Shown here in pieces: positions 10,069 through 21,530 of a DNA stretch of 64,000 nt (within the stretch, counting starts at the first letter, position 1; every line of letters begins with the position of its first letter). Under the pieces are notes generated by a model. The model saw only the letters and a program-made list of their open reading frames with translations, was not told the DNA's origin and ran no database searches. The position numbers and the translations under genes were made by a program. Source of the stretch: an uncultured delta proteobacterium (lineage in GTDB: Bacteria > Desulfobacterota > Binatia > UBA9968). The stretch covers positions 64,001 through 128,000 of the forward strand of contig CAWJZV010000014.1 in NCBI GenBank assembly GCA_963847445.1, given 5' to 3'.

Positions 10069-10355
10069 TCTTTGATCCCCGTAGGCGCCTTTGAATGAGG
10101 TCTAACCAATAATATCTGGTTCCGTATCAGATCATCAAAACTTCTGTAGCGTACGATTCACAAATACCGATTGAAATCGCTTTTACTGCTGAAACAAGAA
10201 CTTGTAAAGGTATATTGAAAAGTCGATCCGACAAAAGCTGAAGCTGTTTCCGTCAATTCGCAGCTAGCCAGAAGCGTTGACATCGAAACCACCTTTCCAC
10301 TACTCTCGGTAATGATACAGCGCCTCGGAATTCCAATTCAAAAGGACATCAACCC

Positions 10356-11216
10356 ATGAGCGATCAACTTTACAAAGGCTTCCGCCCGGACGAGATGGAG
10401 TATCAGTACAACCCGCGCGAGTCGGTGCCGGAGTATCCGGAGCTGGCGAAGGTGCGCGCGGCGCAGGCGAAGAAAGTCCGCGAGACGGCGAAGTCTTGGC
10501 TGAATATTTCGTATGGCAGCTCGCCGCGCGAAACGTTGGATATTTACGCCGCCGACAAGCCCGGCGGGCCGGTGCTGGTCTACATTCACGGCGGCTACTG
10601 GCGCAGCGGCAGCAAGGATGACAACTGCAACTTCGTGCCGACCTTCACCAAGCGCGGCGCTACCGTCGTGTTGGTGGAATACGATCTTTGCCCGCAGGTC
10701 ACGGTCACCGACATTGTCCGGCAGACCCGCGCCAGTATCGCCTGGGTCTGTAACAACATCATGCGCTACAGCGGCGATCCGTCGCGCATCTTCGTCTCGG
10801 GCCACTCCGCCGGCAGCCATCTCACCGCCATGGCGCTGGCGCATGATTGGACGAAGGAAGGTCTACCGCTGGATTGCATCAAAGGCGCCGTCGCGACATC
10901 CGGCGTTTTCGATCTCGACATGGTGATGAAGATCAGCGTCCAGGAACAAGTGCGCATGACACCGGAAGCCGCGAAGCTCAACAGTCCTTTACTGAATCCG
11001 CCCAAAGTAAAATGTCCGCTGGTGGTCGCCGTCGGCAGCGCCGAACCTAAAGGCTGGCAGCAAATGTCGGAAGATTATTTCAACTATTGCAAACAACAGG
11101 GCATGAACGCCGACTATCTCGTCGTCCCGGGCGCGAACCATTACACCATGTCGGCGAAGTTATTGGACGAGAGCAACCCGCTGACCCAGGCGATGATCAA
11201 GCAGATGAAAATATAA
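10356..11216 (+). CDS. Alpha/beta hydrolase, arylformamidase/esterase-like
   Basis: HGGYW oxyanion motif, GHSAG nucleophile, C-terminal NH. Confidence 0.88.
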   Translation: MSDQLYKGFRPDEMEYQYNPRESVPEYPELAKVRAAQAKKVRETAKSWLNISYGSSPRETLDIYAADKPGGPVLVYIHGGYWRSGSKDDNCNFVPTFTKRGATVVLVEYDLCPQVTVTDIVRQTRASIAWVCNNIMRYSGDPSRIFVSGHSAGSHLTAMALAHDWTKEGLPLDCIKGAVATSGVFDLDMVMKISVQEQVRMTPEAAKLNSPLLNPPKVKCPLVVAVGSAEPKGWQQMSEDYFNYCKQQGMNADYLVVPGANHYTMSAKLLDESNPLTQAMIKQMKI

Positions 11217-11229
11217 ACCGAACAAATCG

Positions 11230-11362
11230 GTTCCAATGGTTCCAAATGTTCCAGTCGTTCCAATTGTAAAGCCCATGCGCAATCAAGCTGGCTTTCTCGG
11301 TTGAATATGGAATTGAGTTCCGAAACTTTGGAACGTCTGGAACCATTGGAACATTTGGAACG
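11230..11362. repeat. Palindromic element with inverted 9-mer tandem arms (GTTCCAnnn)x4 / (nnTGGAACn)x4
   Basis: Left arm 11230-11264, right arm 11327-11362, about 60 bp spacer. Confidence 0.85.
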
Positions 11363-11383
11363 AGTTCAAGGAGAAGTCTAACC

Positions 11384-12217
11384 ATGCCCAACGTAAATCT
11401 ACCCACAGGCGCCAATCTCTATTACGAAACCCATGGCCAGGGCGAGCCGCTGGTGTTGATACCGTCGACGGCGTTTTCCTGCGAAGTGTGGAAACCGTCG
11501 CAGTTGCCGCTGGCGCAGTCGACACAGCTGATCTTGCACGATCCGCGCGGCTGCGGCCGCACCACTGAAACGCAGAAAGTTTACACCATCAATCAGATGG
11601 CCAACGATGTCGTCGCCCTGCTCGATCATTTGAAAATTCCGTCGGCGCATCTTTGCGGCCACTCCATGGGCGGGCGCATCGCGCTGGAGATGGCGCTCAA
11701 TTTTCCCGGCCGGGTGAAGAGTTTGATCATGGCCGCCAGCGGTTCGGGCCAAGCGGCGCGGCCGGGACCGGACTGCATTCCCGGTCTTCCTCATTGGCTG
11801 GTGATCCGTCTTGTCGAAAAAGGCTTCGAGCGCGCGTTACGCGAGGAGTTTTGCGACACCGATGCATTTTTCACCAAAGACTTTCGCCAGCGCCATCCGG
11901 AAAAAGTCGAAGCATTTTTTCAGACAGCTTATGCCACCCACGCCAAGCTGCCGGAGTTCATTCATTTGATTATCGCGCGGCACAACTGGGAGGCGACCCA
12001 TCGTCTCGGCGACGTGCGGTGCCCGACGCTGGTATTCATCGGCGACCATGACTCGGCGCGCAGCAATCATCTCGCTCAAGCCGAAGCGCTCCGCACTCGC
12101 ATCGCCAATGCCGAACTACATGTGTTCAAAGGCCAATCCCACGGCTTTTTCTGGCAAGCGCCGGAAGAGACCAATCAAGCGATTGGCGATTGGGTAAAGC
12201 GACACAGCACCAGCTAA
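11384..12217 (+). CDS. Alpha/beta fold hydrolase
   Basis: HDPRGCG, GHSMGG, C-terminal SHG. Confidence 0.9.
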   Translation: MPNVNLPTGANLYYETHGQGEPLVLIPSTAFSCEVWKPSQLPLAQSTQLILHDPRGCGRTTETQKVYTINQMANDVVALLDHLKIPSAHLCGHSMGGRIALEMALNFPGRVKSLIMAASGSGQAARPGPDCIPGLPHWLVIRLVEKGFERALREEFCDTDAFFTKDFRQRHPEKVEAFFQTAYATHAKLPEFIHLIIARHNWEATHRLGDVRCPTLVFIGDHDSARSNHLAQAEALRTRIANAELHVFKGQSHGFFWQAPEETNQAIGDWVKRHSTS

Positions 12218-12679
12218 GGCCTCCCACTCACGACCCTATACACAAAGACGGATTGGCCATAAGAAACTCCTGGCTCGGCAATCCTAATTCCACGTAGTCT
12301 ATCGAGACGTTAACTTCGCGCTCATCCGTAGGCGATCCTGCCGTGGGATCAATTCTGCCCCTGCGTCGAGGCTGTCGGCGGACCTCCGGGCAGATTGCGG
12401 GTTGCCATCCAAACACGCGATAAAATTAATCTTTTTGCCTTATCCAAAGGCGCCGCTTGATACTGACAGCTAAGCATATTACTGCCCTAAAAGCAGCGCT
12501 CCCTGGCACCATTGGGGGTATGATTTGCGTTGCTTGCAGGAGCAGCCGACTTTGAGAATTAATCCCACTCGCCGACGTCAATTGTTTTGTAACACGAAGG
12601 TGGATTGTTTTACTTGACATAACGGTCGTATTTAATGCTAAGTTTAAAAAGCCTTCAACCATGACCGAGACGGTGGCCC

Positions 12680-13994
12680 ATGGCAGAGCGGACAACAGCA
12701 ATGTTCTCCTATAGTCGGATACAGCGGCTCGTCCAGGAAGGCCGCTACGATGATGCGATTGCCATGCTTTCGCGGCGGGTCGAATGCCAGCCACTGGATC
12801 GCGCGGCTCGGCTGTTGTTGTTGTTTGCCAACATGTCCAAATTCGGCCCCGGCGAGTTCAAGCGACAAATTGAAGAAATCAGGTTCATCGACGATCTTTC
12901 CGGCAACGAGCGGTATATCGTCCAGCAAATTTTTCTTGTCGGTTTCAGACATGCTGCGCAGGAAGGTCGCACGATTCAAAAAATGGCCTATCAATGTCTC
13001 ATCAGACGGCTCATGTCGAGGCAGCCTCTCGATGTGTCGATTAGCGAGGCTCAGGAGATCGAAGAAGAGTCCAGTAACCCTTCTTTCGCCGAAGGTATCC
13101 CACAGACTTTGGGCTTTTCGGGAATGAACTGCGATGAGGCCGAGTCAGAGATCGCTCCGGTATCGCCTCCACGGATCCGGCGCTGGAGCCACCACGCGAT
13201 GATCGGAGCGGGCGCGATGATTATCATCGTTCTTTCAGGCTTCTATGTCGCCAGCGGACACAAAACACCATTAGCACAGCAGCCGTCACGCGCCGCTTGC
13301 TCTCGTTGACGGCGGTGTTCAAATTGAGACCGGCGCGGATCGCAATCCACCCGCCGTCGTCTTGGCGCCGACATTTACCGCGGAGCCAGCAAGACGGCTT
13401 ATCGTCGGCCAGCTCGGAAAATTGAAACGCGCCTATGCCCGCTGGTCCAAAGCGAATCCCTTCACCAGCGGAACCGTGTCGCTTAAGCTCAGCATCGAAC
13501 CGTCAGGAAAAATCGCCAAAGTCGAGGAAGTGCTCTCCAGACTATCGGAACACCATTTCCTCGACGTGGTCGTCGCCGAGGTAAAACAGTGGAAACTCCC
13601 GCTGGGCGGCAAAAAGACCGCCGAGATCTCGGTGCCGCTGATTTTCATACCTGCTAAGGCTGGACCAGCACAGCCGGCGGCAGGAGGAAAATCTCGCAAA
13701 CCTGGCGTGGCGCGCCAAGACGGCCGCCCGACAACGCGTACGAGCTTCGCGGCGGTCAAACGCAAACTCGCCGCCACGTCTACCATCCCGGAGAGTGAAA
13801 CTGAAATCGTCTACACCGCTGCGCTCAAACACGCACCGCGCTTCGCCGCCGACGTGATCGAAGAAGTCGGCCTGGGGACGCGCGTGACGGTGCTGCGCAA
13901 AGAGCGCGATTGGATCAAAGTTAAGGTGAACGATTCAGGCAAGGTCGGTTATCTGCGCAAGGAATATTTGGCGGCCGTCGACACCCTTGATTAG
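12680..13994 (+). CDS. Membrane protein: helical N-terminus, TM helix, AgmX/PglI (TonB-C-like) domain and C-terminal SH3 (frameshifted)
   Basis: ORF 12680..13309 with TM AMIGAGAMIIIVLSGFYVA; ORF 13362..13994 with SGTVSLKLSIEPSGKI...WKLP and GTRVTVL..ERDWIKV...GKVGYL. Confidence 0.6.
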
Positions 13995-14106
13995 ACCCTC
14001 GCAGCGCACGCAAGCCTGAGCCGCCACTATCTATTGCCGATCTCCTACCAGGCTGCTGAAATAGACCAGCCTGCAGTTCGTCCTGAGACCAACGATTACG
14101 AACCGT

Positions 14107-16085
14107 CTACCGCGCCGGAGCATTGACACCGCCGGGCGTGGCGATCGTCTTAGCATGGCTGCGGGCGAGCCATTCCACGGCTACCAATAAGACAGCTAGC
14201 ACCAAGCCAATGCCATTGGACGCCCAGGTCAAACTAGCGAACTTGCCGCTGTGAACCACCGGGATGAGCAAACCGATCGCGGCGATGACAAACAGCCACC
14301 GTTTGACTGTGCCCACCGTGCCGAAACAAATAGCCGACAATGCCGACGCCGAGGAGTATCGAACCGATGATCGCGGTGACCACCGAAAGCACCACCTCGT
14401 ACCAGTGGCCGATCAACAAAAGCGATGGCGAGAAGACAAATAAGAACGGCACGATGTAGGCGATACTACAGAGCTTCATCGCCTCCCAACCGGTTTGCAC
14501 CGGGTCGGTCTTGCCGATGGATGGCGGCGGCGTAGCTCGCCATGCACACCGGCGGCGTCACCATGCTCAGCATGCCAAAGTAGAAAATAAACAGATGCGC
14601 GGCGATCGGCACGATGCCGAGCTTCGCCAAGCCCGGCGCCACCAAAACGGCGAGCAATACGTAGACAGCCGTCGTCGGCATGCCCATGCCGAGAATAATG
14701 CTGACAATGGCCGTAAGCACGAGCAGCAACAGCGCATTGCTTTGACCGATGTTGAGCAAGGTCAACGTCAGAGTGAAACCGAGCCCGGTGAGTTGCAAGA
14801 CACCGATGACCACGCCCGCAAGTCCGGTGATCGCAACGATCTCCAACATGCCGCGGCCAGCGTTAGTGAGAATCTTCAGAGATCCCGCTCCAGCCGATTT
14901 TCACCCCTGGGGTAAGAAAGCCGACGATGAGCGCCGCCAGCGCGCGCCGAGCAATCCCGCCTCTTCCGGCCGGCGATTGAGAAAAAACATCCAGTAGATC
15001 AGCACTGCGAGCGGCACGACGAAGCTCGCCGAGCGTTTGAGCACGGGCAGCAGATGCGGCACTTCTTCACGCGGCAGGCCGTGAATGCCGTTGCGCGCCG
15101 CCAGGAGATCGACCTGGATGAACAGCGTCGACGTAATAAAGGATCGCCGGCACCGCGCGGCGAGGGCCACCTGGGCGTAGGGGATCTGCAAATATTCCGC
15201 GATCAAGAACGCCGCCGCGCCCATCACCGGCGGCATGATCTGTCCGCCGGTGGAAGCGGTGGCTTCGATGGCCGCCGCCTGCGGCGCCGGATAACCGGCT
15301 TTCTTCATCATCGGAATCGTGAACGCGCCGTCGACGACCACGTTGGCCACGGCGCTGCCGCTGATGTTGCCGAACAAACTCGACGACACGATGGCGATCT
15401 TCGCCTGGCCGCCGCGAAAGCGCCCCATCAAGCGCGAGCGAGAAATCGCTCAAAAACTCGGCGCCGCCGACGACGTAGAGCACTTCGCCGAAGATGACGA
15501 ATACAATGACGATGCTGACGCCCACCTGCAGCGCCTGGCCGAAAATCCCGTTGGCATCGAGATAAAGATAGGTCGCCAAGCCGACTGATCGACCAGCCCT
15601 TGCCGTAAAAATCGCCCGGAAAGATATAGGCGAAGTAGGCGTAGAGCAGAAAACAGCTGGCGATGATGACCAACGGCCAGCCCACCAGCCGGCGCGATGC
15701 TTCGGCGAGCAACAGGATCGTCACGCAGCCGAGAATCACCCGCTCCGTGGAGATATCGCCCAGCGAATTGACGATCGACGGGATAGAAAATAAAAATGTA
15801 GAGCCCGACCGCGAAGCCAGCCATCGACGCGAGGATATCGTACCAGGGAACGACAGTACGGCCGACGGTCGGTTTGACCGGAATCAAGATATAGGTCGCG
15901 CATAAGCCGAGACCGAGAAACAGCCCCATGTACTGCTCGTTGAAAACCAACCAGCCGATATATTGCGGCACGTTGAGTAGAAAAAACATGCCGGTCAGCG
16001 GGATCGCGATGAGCAGCACCGCGCCCTAGCCCGTCGGCAACGCCGCTCAACTTCCGCGTCCGCGCACGCTTTCTTCGATCTCCAC
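14107..16085 (-). CDS. TRAP transporter fused 4TM/12TM permease (TAXI-associated, frameshifted)
   Basis: Fragments with FGNISGSAVANV, ASTGGQIMPPVMGAAAF, LGMGMPTTAVY, SMVTPPVC; GTG start after AAGGAG. Confidence 0.88.
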
Positions 16086-16180
16086 TAGGCTCTCCTTGTC
16101 ACCGTGACACGGAAATAGCCTTGAGCTGCGATGCGTTGACTATCGGCTCCACGATCAATTCATCGCAATTTCACCTTTCA

Positions 16181-17206
16181 TCAGCCGCAGATCTCTTTGC
16201 TCCTTGCGTCTTGCTTGGCGCCCCAAACCTTCGCTTCCTTGTAAAACTGGATCGCCCCCGAATGATAAGGCACGGTGAAGTTGGTCAGCGCCTGCATGTC
16301 TTTGGGCCATTTCTTGAAGAGCGGATGGATCGTCTGCAGCTCCGGCAAATTATCCCACCAGGCCTTCAACATCGTGTAGACGGTCTTGTCGCTGACGTTG
16401 GTCATGCTCGCCAAATGCAGCGGATAACCGATGACGTAGGTTTCGCCCTTGATGCCGGCGGCTGGGTCCGATTTAACCACCGATGCGCCGTAGCGGCCAA
16501 GGATTTTATTCGCCGCCGGCGTGTTCGCCATGCTCAAGAAACGCACGGCCTCCATGGCGTTGGCCTCTTCGACGACACCGATCCCCACCGCCGTGAACGC
16601 CGCGTCGACTTTTCCTTCGGGCACGGCGCGCACGCCGTCATTCAAATTCGACACCCGCACTTGCTGCACGTCGGCAGGTTTCAGACCGCTCGCTTCCATC
16701 ACCGCCAACTGCCAGGTTTGATTGATCGCATGGCCGCCGTAATCCCAGGCGACCCGCTTGCCTTTGAGGTCGGCCATCTGTTTGATGTCCGACTTGTCTT
16801 TAACGATGAGTCCCGCGGTAAATGGAAACACACCGCCAGCGACGATGCGAAGACCCGGATAGGCTTTTTTATAGTTGCCGGTGCCGGTCGCGGCCATGTT
16901 GGAATCGAGAATATTGATGATGCCGAACTCGATCTCGCCGCTTTCGAGCAGCGGCATCCAGGCGTTGGGACCATTGTAAGGCTGCACCTTCGCCGACACT
17001 TGGGTTGTCTTGCTGGCGATCGCCGCCAGGCCCGACGCGATCGCATGGGCGCCGGTGCCGGCCGGGTTAGTGCCGATGGCGAGGGTGCGTGGCAGTTGAA
17101 TGCTCTTATTGGCGGTCGGCCCACAGTCGAGCTTGGCCTCGACGACTTGAACTTGCGCCACGACTAGCAGAAGCGCCAACGTTAAAGCGAATCCCTTCTT
17201 AACCAT
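16181..17206 (-). CDS. TAXI-family TRAP solute-binding protein (copy 5)
   Basis: Signal peptide, GTNPAGTG, DLKGKRV, VPYHSGAIQFYKE. Confidence 0.88.
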   Translation of the reverse strand: MVKKGFALTLALLLVVAQVQVVEAKLDCGPTANKSIQLPRTLAIGTNPAGTGAHAIASGLAAIASKTTQVSAKVQPYNGPNAWMPLLESGEIEFGIINILDSNMAATGTGNYKKAYPGLRIVAGGVFPFTAGLIVKDKSDIKQMADLKGKRVAWDYGGHAINQTWQLAVMEASGLKPADVQQVRVSNLNDGVRAVPEGKVDAAFTAVGIGVVEEANAMEAVRFLSMANTPAANKILGRYGASVVKSDPAAGIKGETYVIGYPLHLASMTNVSDKTVYTMLKAWWDNLPELQTIHPLFKKWPKDMQALTNFTVPYHSGAIQFYKEAKVWGAKQDARSKEICG

Positions 17207-17239
17207 TATCACTCCTTTACTCCAATACTCCATTTTTAT

Positions 17240-18287
17240 TTACCCGCAGATCTCTTTCGTGCGCGCATCATGCTTCGCGCCCCACACGCTGGCTTCCTTG
17301 TAAAACTTCACCGCGCCGTCATGATAGGGCACGGTGAAGTTGGTGATCGCCTGGACATCCTTAGTCCATTTTTTAAATTGCGGATGGATGGTTTGCAGCT
17401 CGGCTAAATTATCCCACCATGCTTTGAGCAGCGTCGCCACGGTTTTGTCGTTGACTTTGGTCGAGCTCGCCAGATGCAGCGGATAACCGATCACCGTGGT
17501 CTCAGCCCGGATACCCGCTGTCGGCTCTTGCTTGGCGATCGATCCGCCGTATTTGGCGAGGATTTTGTTGGACGCGGCCGTATTCGGCAAGTTTAGAAAG
17601 CGGATCGGCTCCATGGCGTTGGCCTCTTCATTGATGCCGATACCGATAGCGGCGAAGGTCGCGTCCACCTTACCTTCCGGCACGCCGCGGATCGCGTCGT
17701 TCAAGTTGGAGAATCGCACTTGTGTCACATCGCTCGCTTTGATCCCCAAGACTTCCATCGCCGCGTTCTGCCAGGTCTGAGTGATCGCGTGGCCGCCAAA
17801 ATCCCAGGCCATGCGCTTGCCCTTCAAATCGGCGCCCGTCTTAATTTCCGATTTATCGCGCACCATGATGCTGCCGGTAAACGGAAATACGCCGCCGGAG
17901 ACGATGCGAATCGTCGGATAGGCTTTTTTGTAATTGCCGGTGCCGGTGGCCGCCATGTTGGAATCGAGAATATTGATGATGCCGAACTCGAGCTCGCCCT
18001 GTTCCAATAAGCGGCATCCAGGCGTTGGGACCGTTGTAGGGCTGCACCTTGGCCGACATGGTCGTTACCTTGCTCGCCACCGCGGACAGCCCGGAAGCCA
18101 GCGCATGGGCGCCGGTGCCCGGCAAATTGGACGCGATCGCCACCGTGCGCGGCAAGGCGATGCTCTTGTCCGCCGTCGGGCTGCAATCGAGTTTTGCCTC
18201 CGCGCTGCCGTGGAAATACCCAAGGGGCGAAAACACAAACATCATCGCCATCGACAGCGAAACTACAATAGAATGTTTTCTTCTCAT
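17240..18287 (-). CDS. TAXI-family TRAP solute-binding protein (copy 4, frameshift near 18005)
   Basis: ORFs 17853..18287 and 17240..18007 join into a paralog of copy 5. Confidence 0.87.
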
Positions 18288-18324
18288 CGCTCCAGTGCTC
18301 CTTTACTCCATCACTCCACTCTTC

Positions 18325-19377
18325 TCATCCGCAGATTTCTTTCGTCCGCGCGTCATGCTTGGCACCCCATACCCCGGCATCCTTGTAAAACTTCACCGCG
18401 CCGGGGTGGTAGGGAATCGTGAAATTGGTGATCGCTTGAACATCTTTGGTGAACTGCTTGAACAGCGGATGGATCGTCTGCAGCTCGGCGTGGTTATCCC
18501 ACCACGCTTTGAGCACCGCCATGACGGTCCGCTCATTGACTTTGGTCGACGTCAGCAGGTGCAGCGGGTAACCGATAATGTTGGTATCGCCGCGAATGCC
18601 CGTGGCCGCTTCTGCTTTGACCACCGACGCGCCAAGTTTCGCAAGTATCTTGCCGTTCGCATCGCTGTTAGGGATGGTGAGAAAACGCACCGGCTCCTGG
18701 GCATTGGCCTCTTCATTAAGGCCGGTGCCAAGCGATGCGTAGGTTGCATCGACTCTCCCCTCGGCAACACCGCGAATGCCGTCGTTGGAAGTGGTCAACC
18801 GAACCTGAATGATGTCGGATGGTTTTATTCCGCCGGTTTCCAAGGCGGCGTTGAGCAAAGCCTGGATCACGGCATGGCCGCCAAAATCCCACGCCAGCCG
18901 TTTTCCCTTTAGATCGCTAACCTGGCGAATGTCGGATTTGTCGCGCACCATGATGCCGCCGGTAAATGGAAACACCCCGCCGGTGAGCACGCGCAGACTC
19001 GGATAGGCTTTCTTGTATGTCCCAGTGCCGGTCATCGCCATGTACGCGTCGAGAATATTGATGATGCCAACCTCCAGCTCGCCGCTTTCGAGCAGCGGGA
19101 CAAACGTATTCGGCCCGGCGTAAGGCTGCACTTTGGCGATGATCGGAGTCGCCTTGCTTGCCACCGCGGCTAACCCTGAGCCTAAAGAAAATGCTCCCGT
19201 ACCCGCCGGGCTTGTGCCGATGGCGACGCTGCGCGCGAGATCGTTACCCTTGTTGACCACCAGTCCGCAGTCAACCTTGGCGCTGGCGCTCGTGATCAGA
19301 GAAGCCTGCGCAACTAACAGCAAAGCAACAACGTTCAAGGCAACGAACTTTGCACAACGCTCTCTGAGTACCATCAC
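18325..19377 (-). CDS. TAXI-family TRAP solute-binding protein (copy 3)
   Basis: Intact ORF, IPYHPGAVKFYKD, ends HDARTKEICG. Confidence 0.88.
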   Translation of the reverse strand: MMVLRERCAKFVALNVVALLLVAQASLITSASAKVDCGLVVNKGNDLARSVAIGTSPAGTGAFSLGSGLAAVASKATPIIAKVQPYAGPNTFVPLLESGELEVGIINILDAYMAMTGTGTYKKAYPSLRVLTGGVFPFTGGIMVRDKSDIRQVSDLKGKRLAWDFGGHAVIQALLNAALETGGIKPSDIIQVRLTTSNDGIRGVAEGRVDATYASLGTGLNEEANAQEPVRFLTIPNSDANGKILAKLGASVVKAEAATGIRGDTNIIGYPLHLLTSTKVNERTVMAVLKAWWDNHAELQTIHPLFKQFTKDVQAITNFTIPYHPGAVKFYKDAGVWGAKHDARTKEICG

Positions 19378-19412
19378 TCCAATACTCCTTTACTCCATCA
19401 CTCCATTTCTTC

Positions 19413-20451
19413 CTATCCGCAAATCTCCTTGGTCCGCGCGTCATGCTTGGCCGTCCATACGCCCATGTCTTTGTAAAACTTCACCGCGCCGGGGTGGTAA
19501 GGAATCGTGAAGTTAGTCAGCGCTTGATGCTCCTTCTGCCACTGCTTGAACAGCGGATGGATCGTTTGCATCTCGATGAGGTTGTCCCACCAAGCTTTGG
19601 TGATCGCCGTCACCGTGCGCTCGTTGACTTTGGTCGAGCCGACGATATGGAGCGCATAGCCGATAACGCTGCTATCGCCGCGAATGCCCGCTGCCGGTAT
19701 CGCCTTGACCGCCGCGCCACCATAGCGTCCGAGAATCTTGTTTGCTGCGTCGATATTTTGGATGGCGAGAAACCGGATCGGCTCCTGAGCATTCGCCTCT
19801 TCGTTGGTGCCGGTGCCGATGCCGGAAAAGGTTGCGTCGACACGGCCGTCGACGAGCGCGCGAATCGCATCGTTAACAGTCGACACCCGATACTGACTCA
19901 CATCCGTCGGTTTCAGCCCGCCGACTTCCATGATCGCTTGCAGCCATGTCTGCGTTACCGCGTGGCCGCCGTAGTCCCAGGCCATGCGTTTGCCCTTGAG
20001 ATCGCTCAACTGCTTGATGTCCGATTTGTCGCGTACCATCACGCTACCGGTAAACGGGAACACCCCACCGGCGACCACGCGCAACATCGGATAGGCCTTT
20101 TTGTAATTACCTGTGCCGGTGGCGGCCATCTGCGAGTCGAGGATATTGAGCACGCCAAATTCCAGCTCGCCGCTTTCCATCAGCGGCATCCAGGCGTTGG
20201 GGCCATTGTAAGGCTGGACTTTCACGGTGATAGCGCGTCGCCTTGCTGGCGGTCGCCGCCAGGCCCGATGCCAGCGCATGAGCGCCCGTGCCGGCGGGAT
20301 TGGTCGCGATCGCCGCGGTGCGCGGCAGGTCATTGCCCGCCACCGCCGGCCCGCAGTCCAGTTTCGCCTCAGCAACGTAAAGAGGAGCAACGGTCAGGAG
20401 GAAAACCGCCGCCATCGCTATGAATTGTCTCCAGCATCTCTTACCCATCAC
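19413..20451 (-). CDS. TAXI-family TRAP solute-binding protein (copy 2, frameshift near 20235)
   Basis: ORFs 20107..20451 and 19413..20390 join. Confidence 0.87.
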
Positions 20452-20485
20452 TCCAACACTCCTTTACTCCATCACTCCATATTTG

Positions 20486-21530
20486 CTAGCTACAAATCTC
20501 CTTGGTCCGCGCGTCATGCTTGGCCGTCCACACGCCGGCATCCTTGTAAAACTTCACCGCGCCGGGGTGGTAGGGGATCGTGAAATTAGTGATCGCCTGA
20601 TTCTCCTTGGTCCATTGTTTGAACAGCGGATGGATCGTCTGCAACTCGGCGAGATTATCCCACCACGCTTTGGTCAATGCGCCGACGGCACGGTCGCTGA
20701 GCTTGCTCGATCCGACAATGTGCAACGCATAGCCGAGCACATAGGTATCGCCGCGCACCCCGGCGGACGGCGTCGCCTTGACCACCGAGCCGCCGTAGCG
20801 GCCAAGAATCTTATTCGCCGCGTCGGTGTTGGGAACATTGAGCATGCGAATCGGCTCCATGGCATTGGCCTCTTCATTGGTGCCGGTGCCGAGGGAAGCC
20901 CAGGACGCGTCGACTTTGCCTTCGGGCACGGCGCGAATGCCGTCGTTGACATTGGACACGCGGACTTGCTGGACATCACCCGGTTTGATTCCGCCGGTTT
21001 CCAGAACCGCGTTCAGATAAGTTTGCGATATCGCATGGCCGCCGTAATCCCACGCCATGCGTTTGCCCTTAAGATCGCTGATCTGTTTGATGTCCGATTT
21101 ATCGCGCACCATCGCCGACGCGGTGAAGGGGAAAACGCCGCCGGCGATCACCCGCACCATCGGATAGGCTTTCTTATAGTTGCCGGTGCCGGTGGCGGCC
21201 ATTTGCGAATCGAGAATATTGAGCACGCCCAACTCGAGCTCGCCGCTTTCGAGCAGCGGCATCCAGGCATTGGGGCCGTTGTAAGGCTGCACTTTGAGCG
21301 CGATGCCGGTTGTCTTGCTCGCCACCGACGCGAGCCCGGCGCCGAGCGCGTGAGCGCCCGTGCCCGCCGGATTGGTCGCCAGCGCCGCCGTGCGCGGCAG
21401 GTCGTTGCTGCCGCTACCTGCCGCGCTGCAATCGAGCTTGGCCGCCCAAGCATCCGGTCAGCGAAATCAGCGGCGCTAGCAGCAGTTGCAAGACCAAGAA
21501 AACCCGTAAGCCAATGTTGGCACCTGTCAT
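20486..21530 (-). CDS. TAXI-family TRAP solute-binding protein (copy 1, frameshifted near 21410-21450)
   Basis: MTGANIGLRVFLVLQLLLAPL signal after GGAGG; body in ORF 20486..21325. Confidence 0.85.

Larger units (their letters stand above)
17205..20480 (-). repeat. Four copies of a GGAGTnnT-type tandem arm in the spacers upstream of TAXI copies 2-5 (approx. 17205-17233, 18289-18322, 19371-19407, 20445-20480)
   Basis: Plus strand ccatcactccaatactcctttactccatcactccat and variants. Confidence 0.85.

Noticed and set aside
12228-12660. Riboswitch or ncRNA in the long intergenic region
   Set aside because: No recognisable conserved motif by eye; would need an Rfam scan
16181-21530. CRISPR array suggested by regularly spaced repeats
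   Set aside because: The repeats are separated by ~1 kb protein-coding paralogs, not short unique spacers, and there are no cas genes
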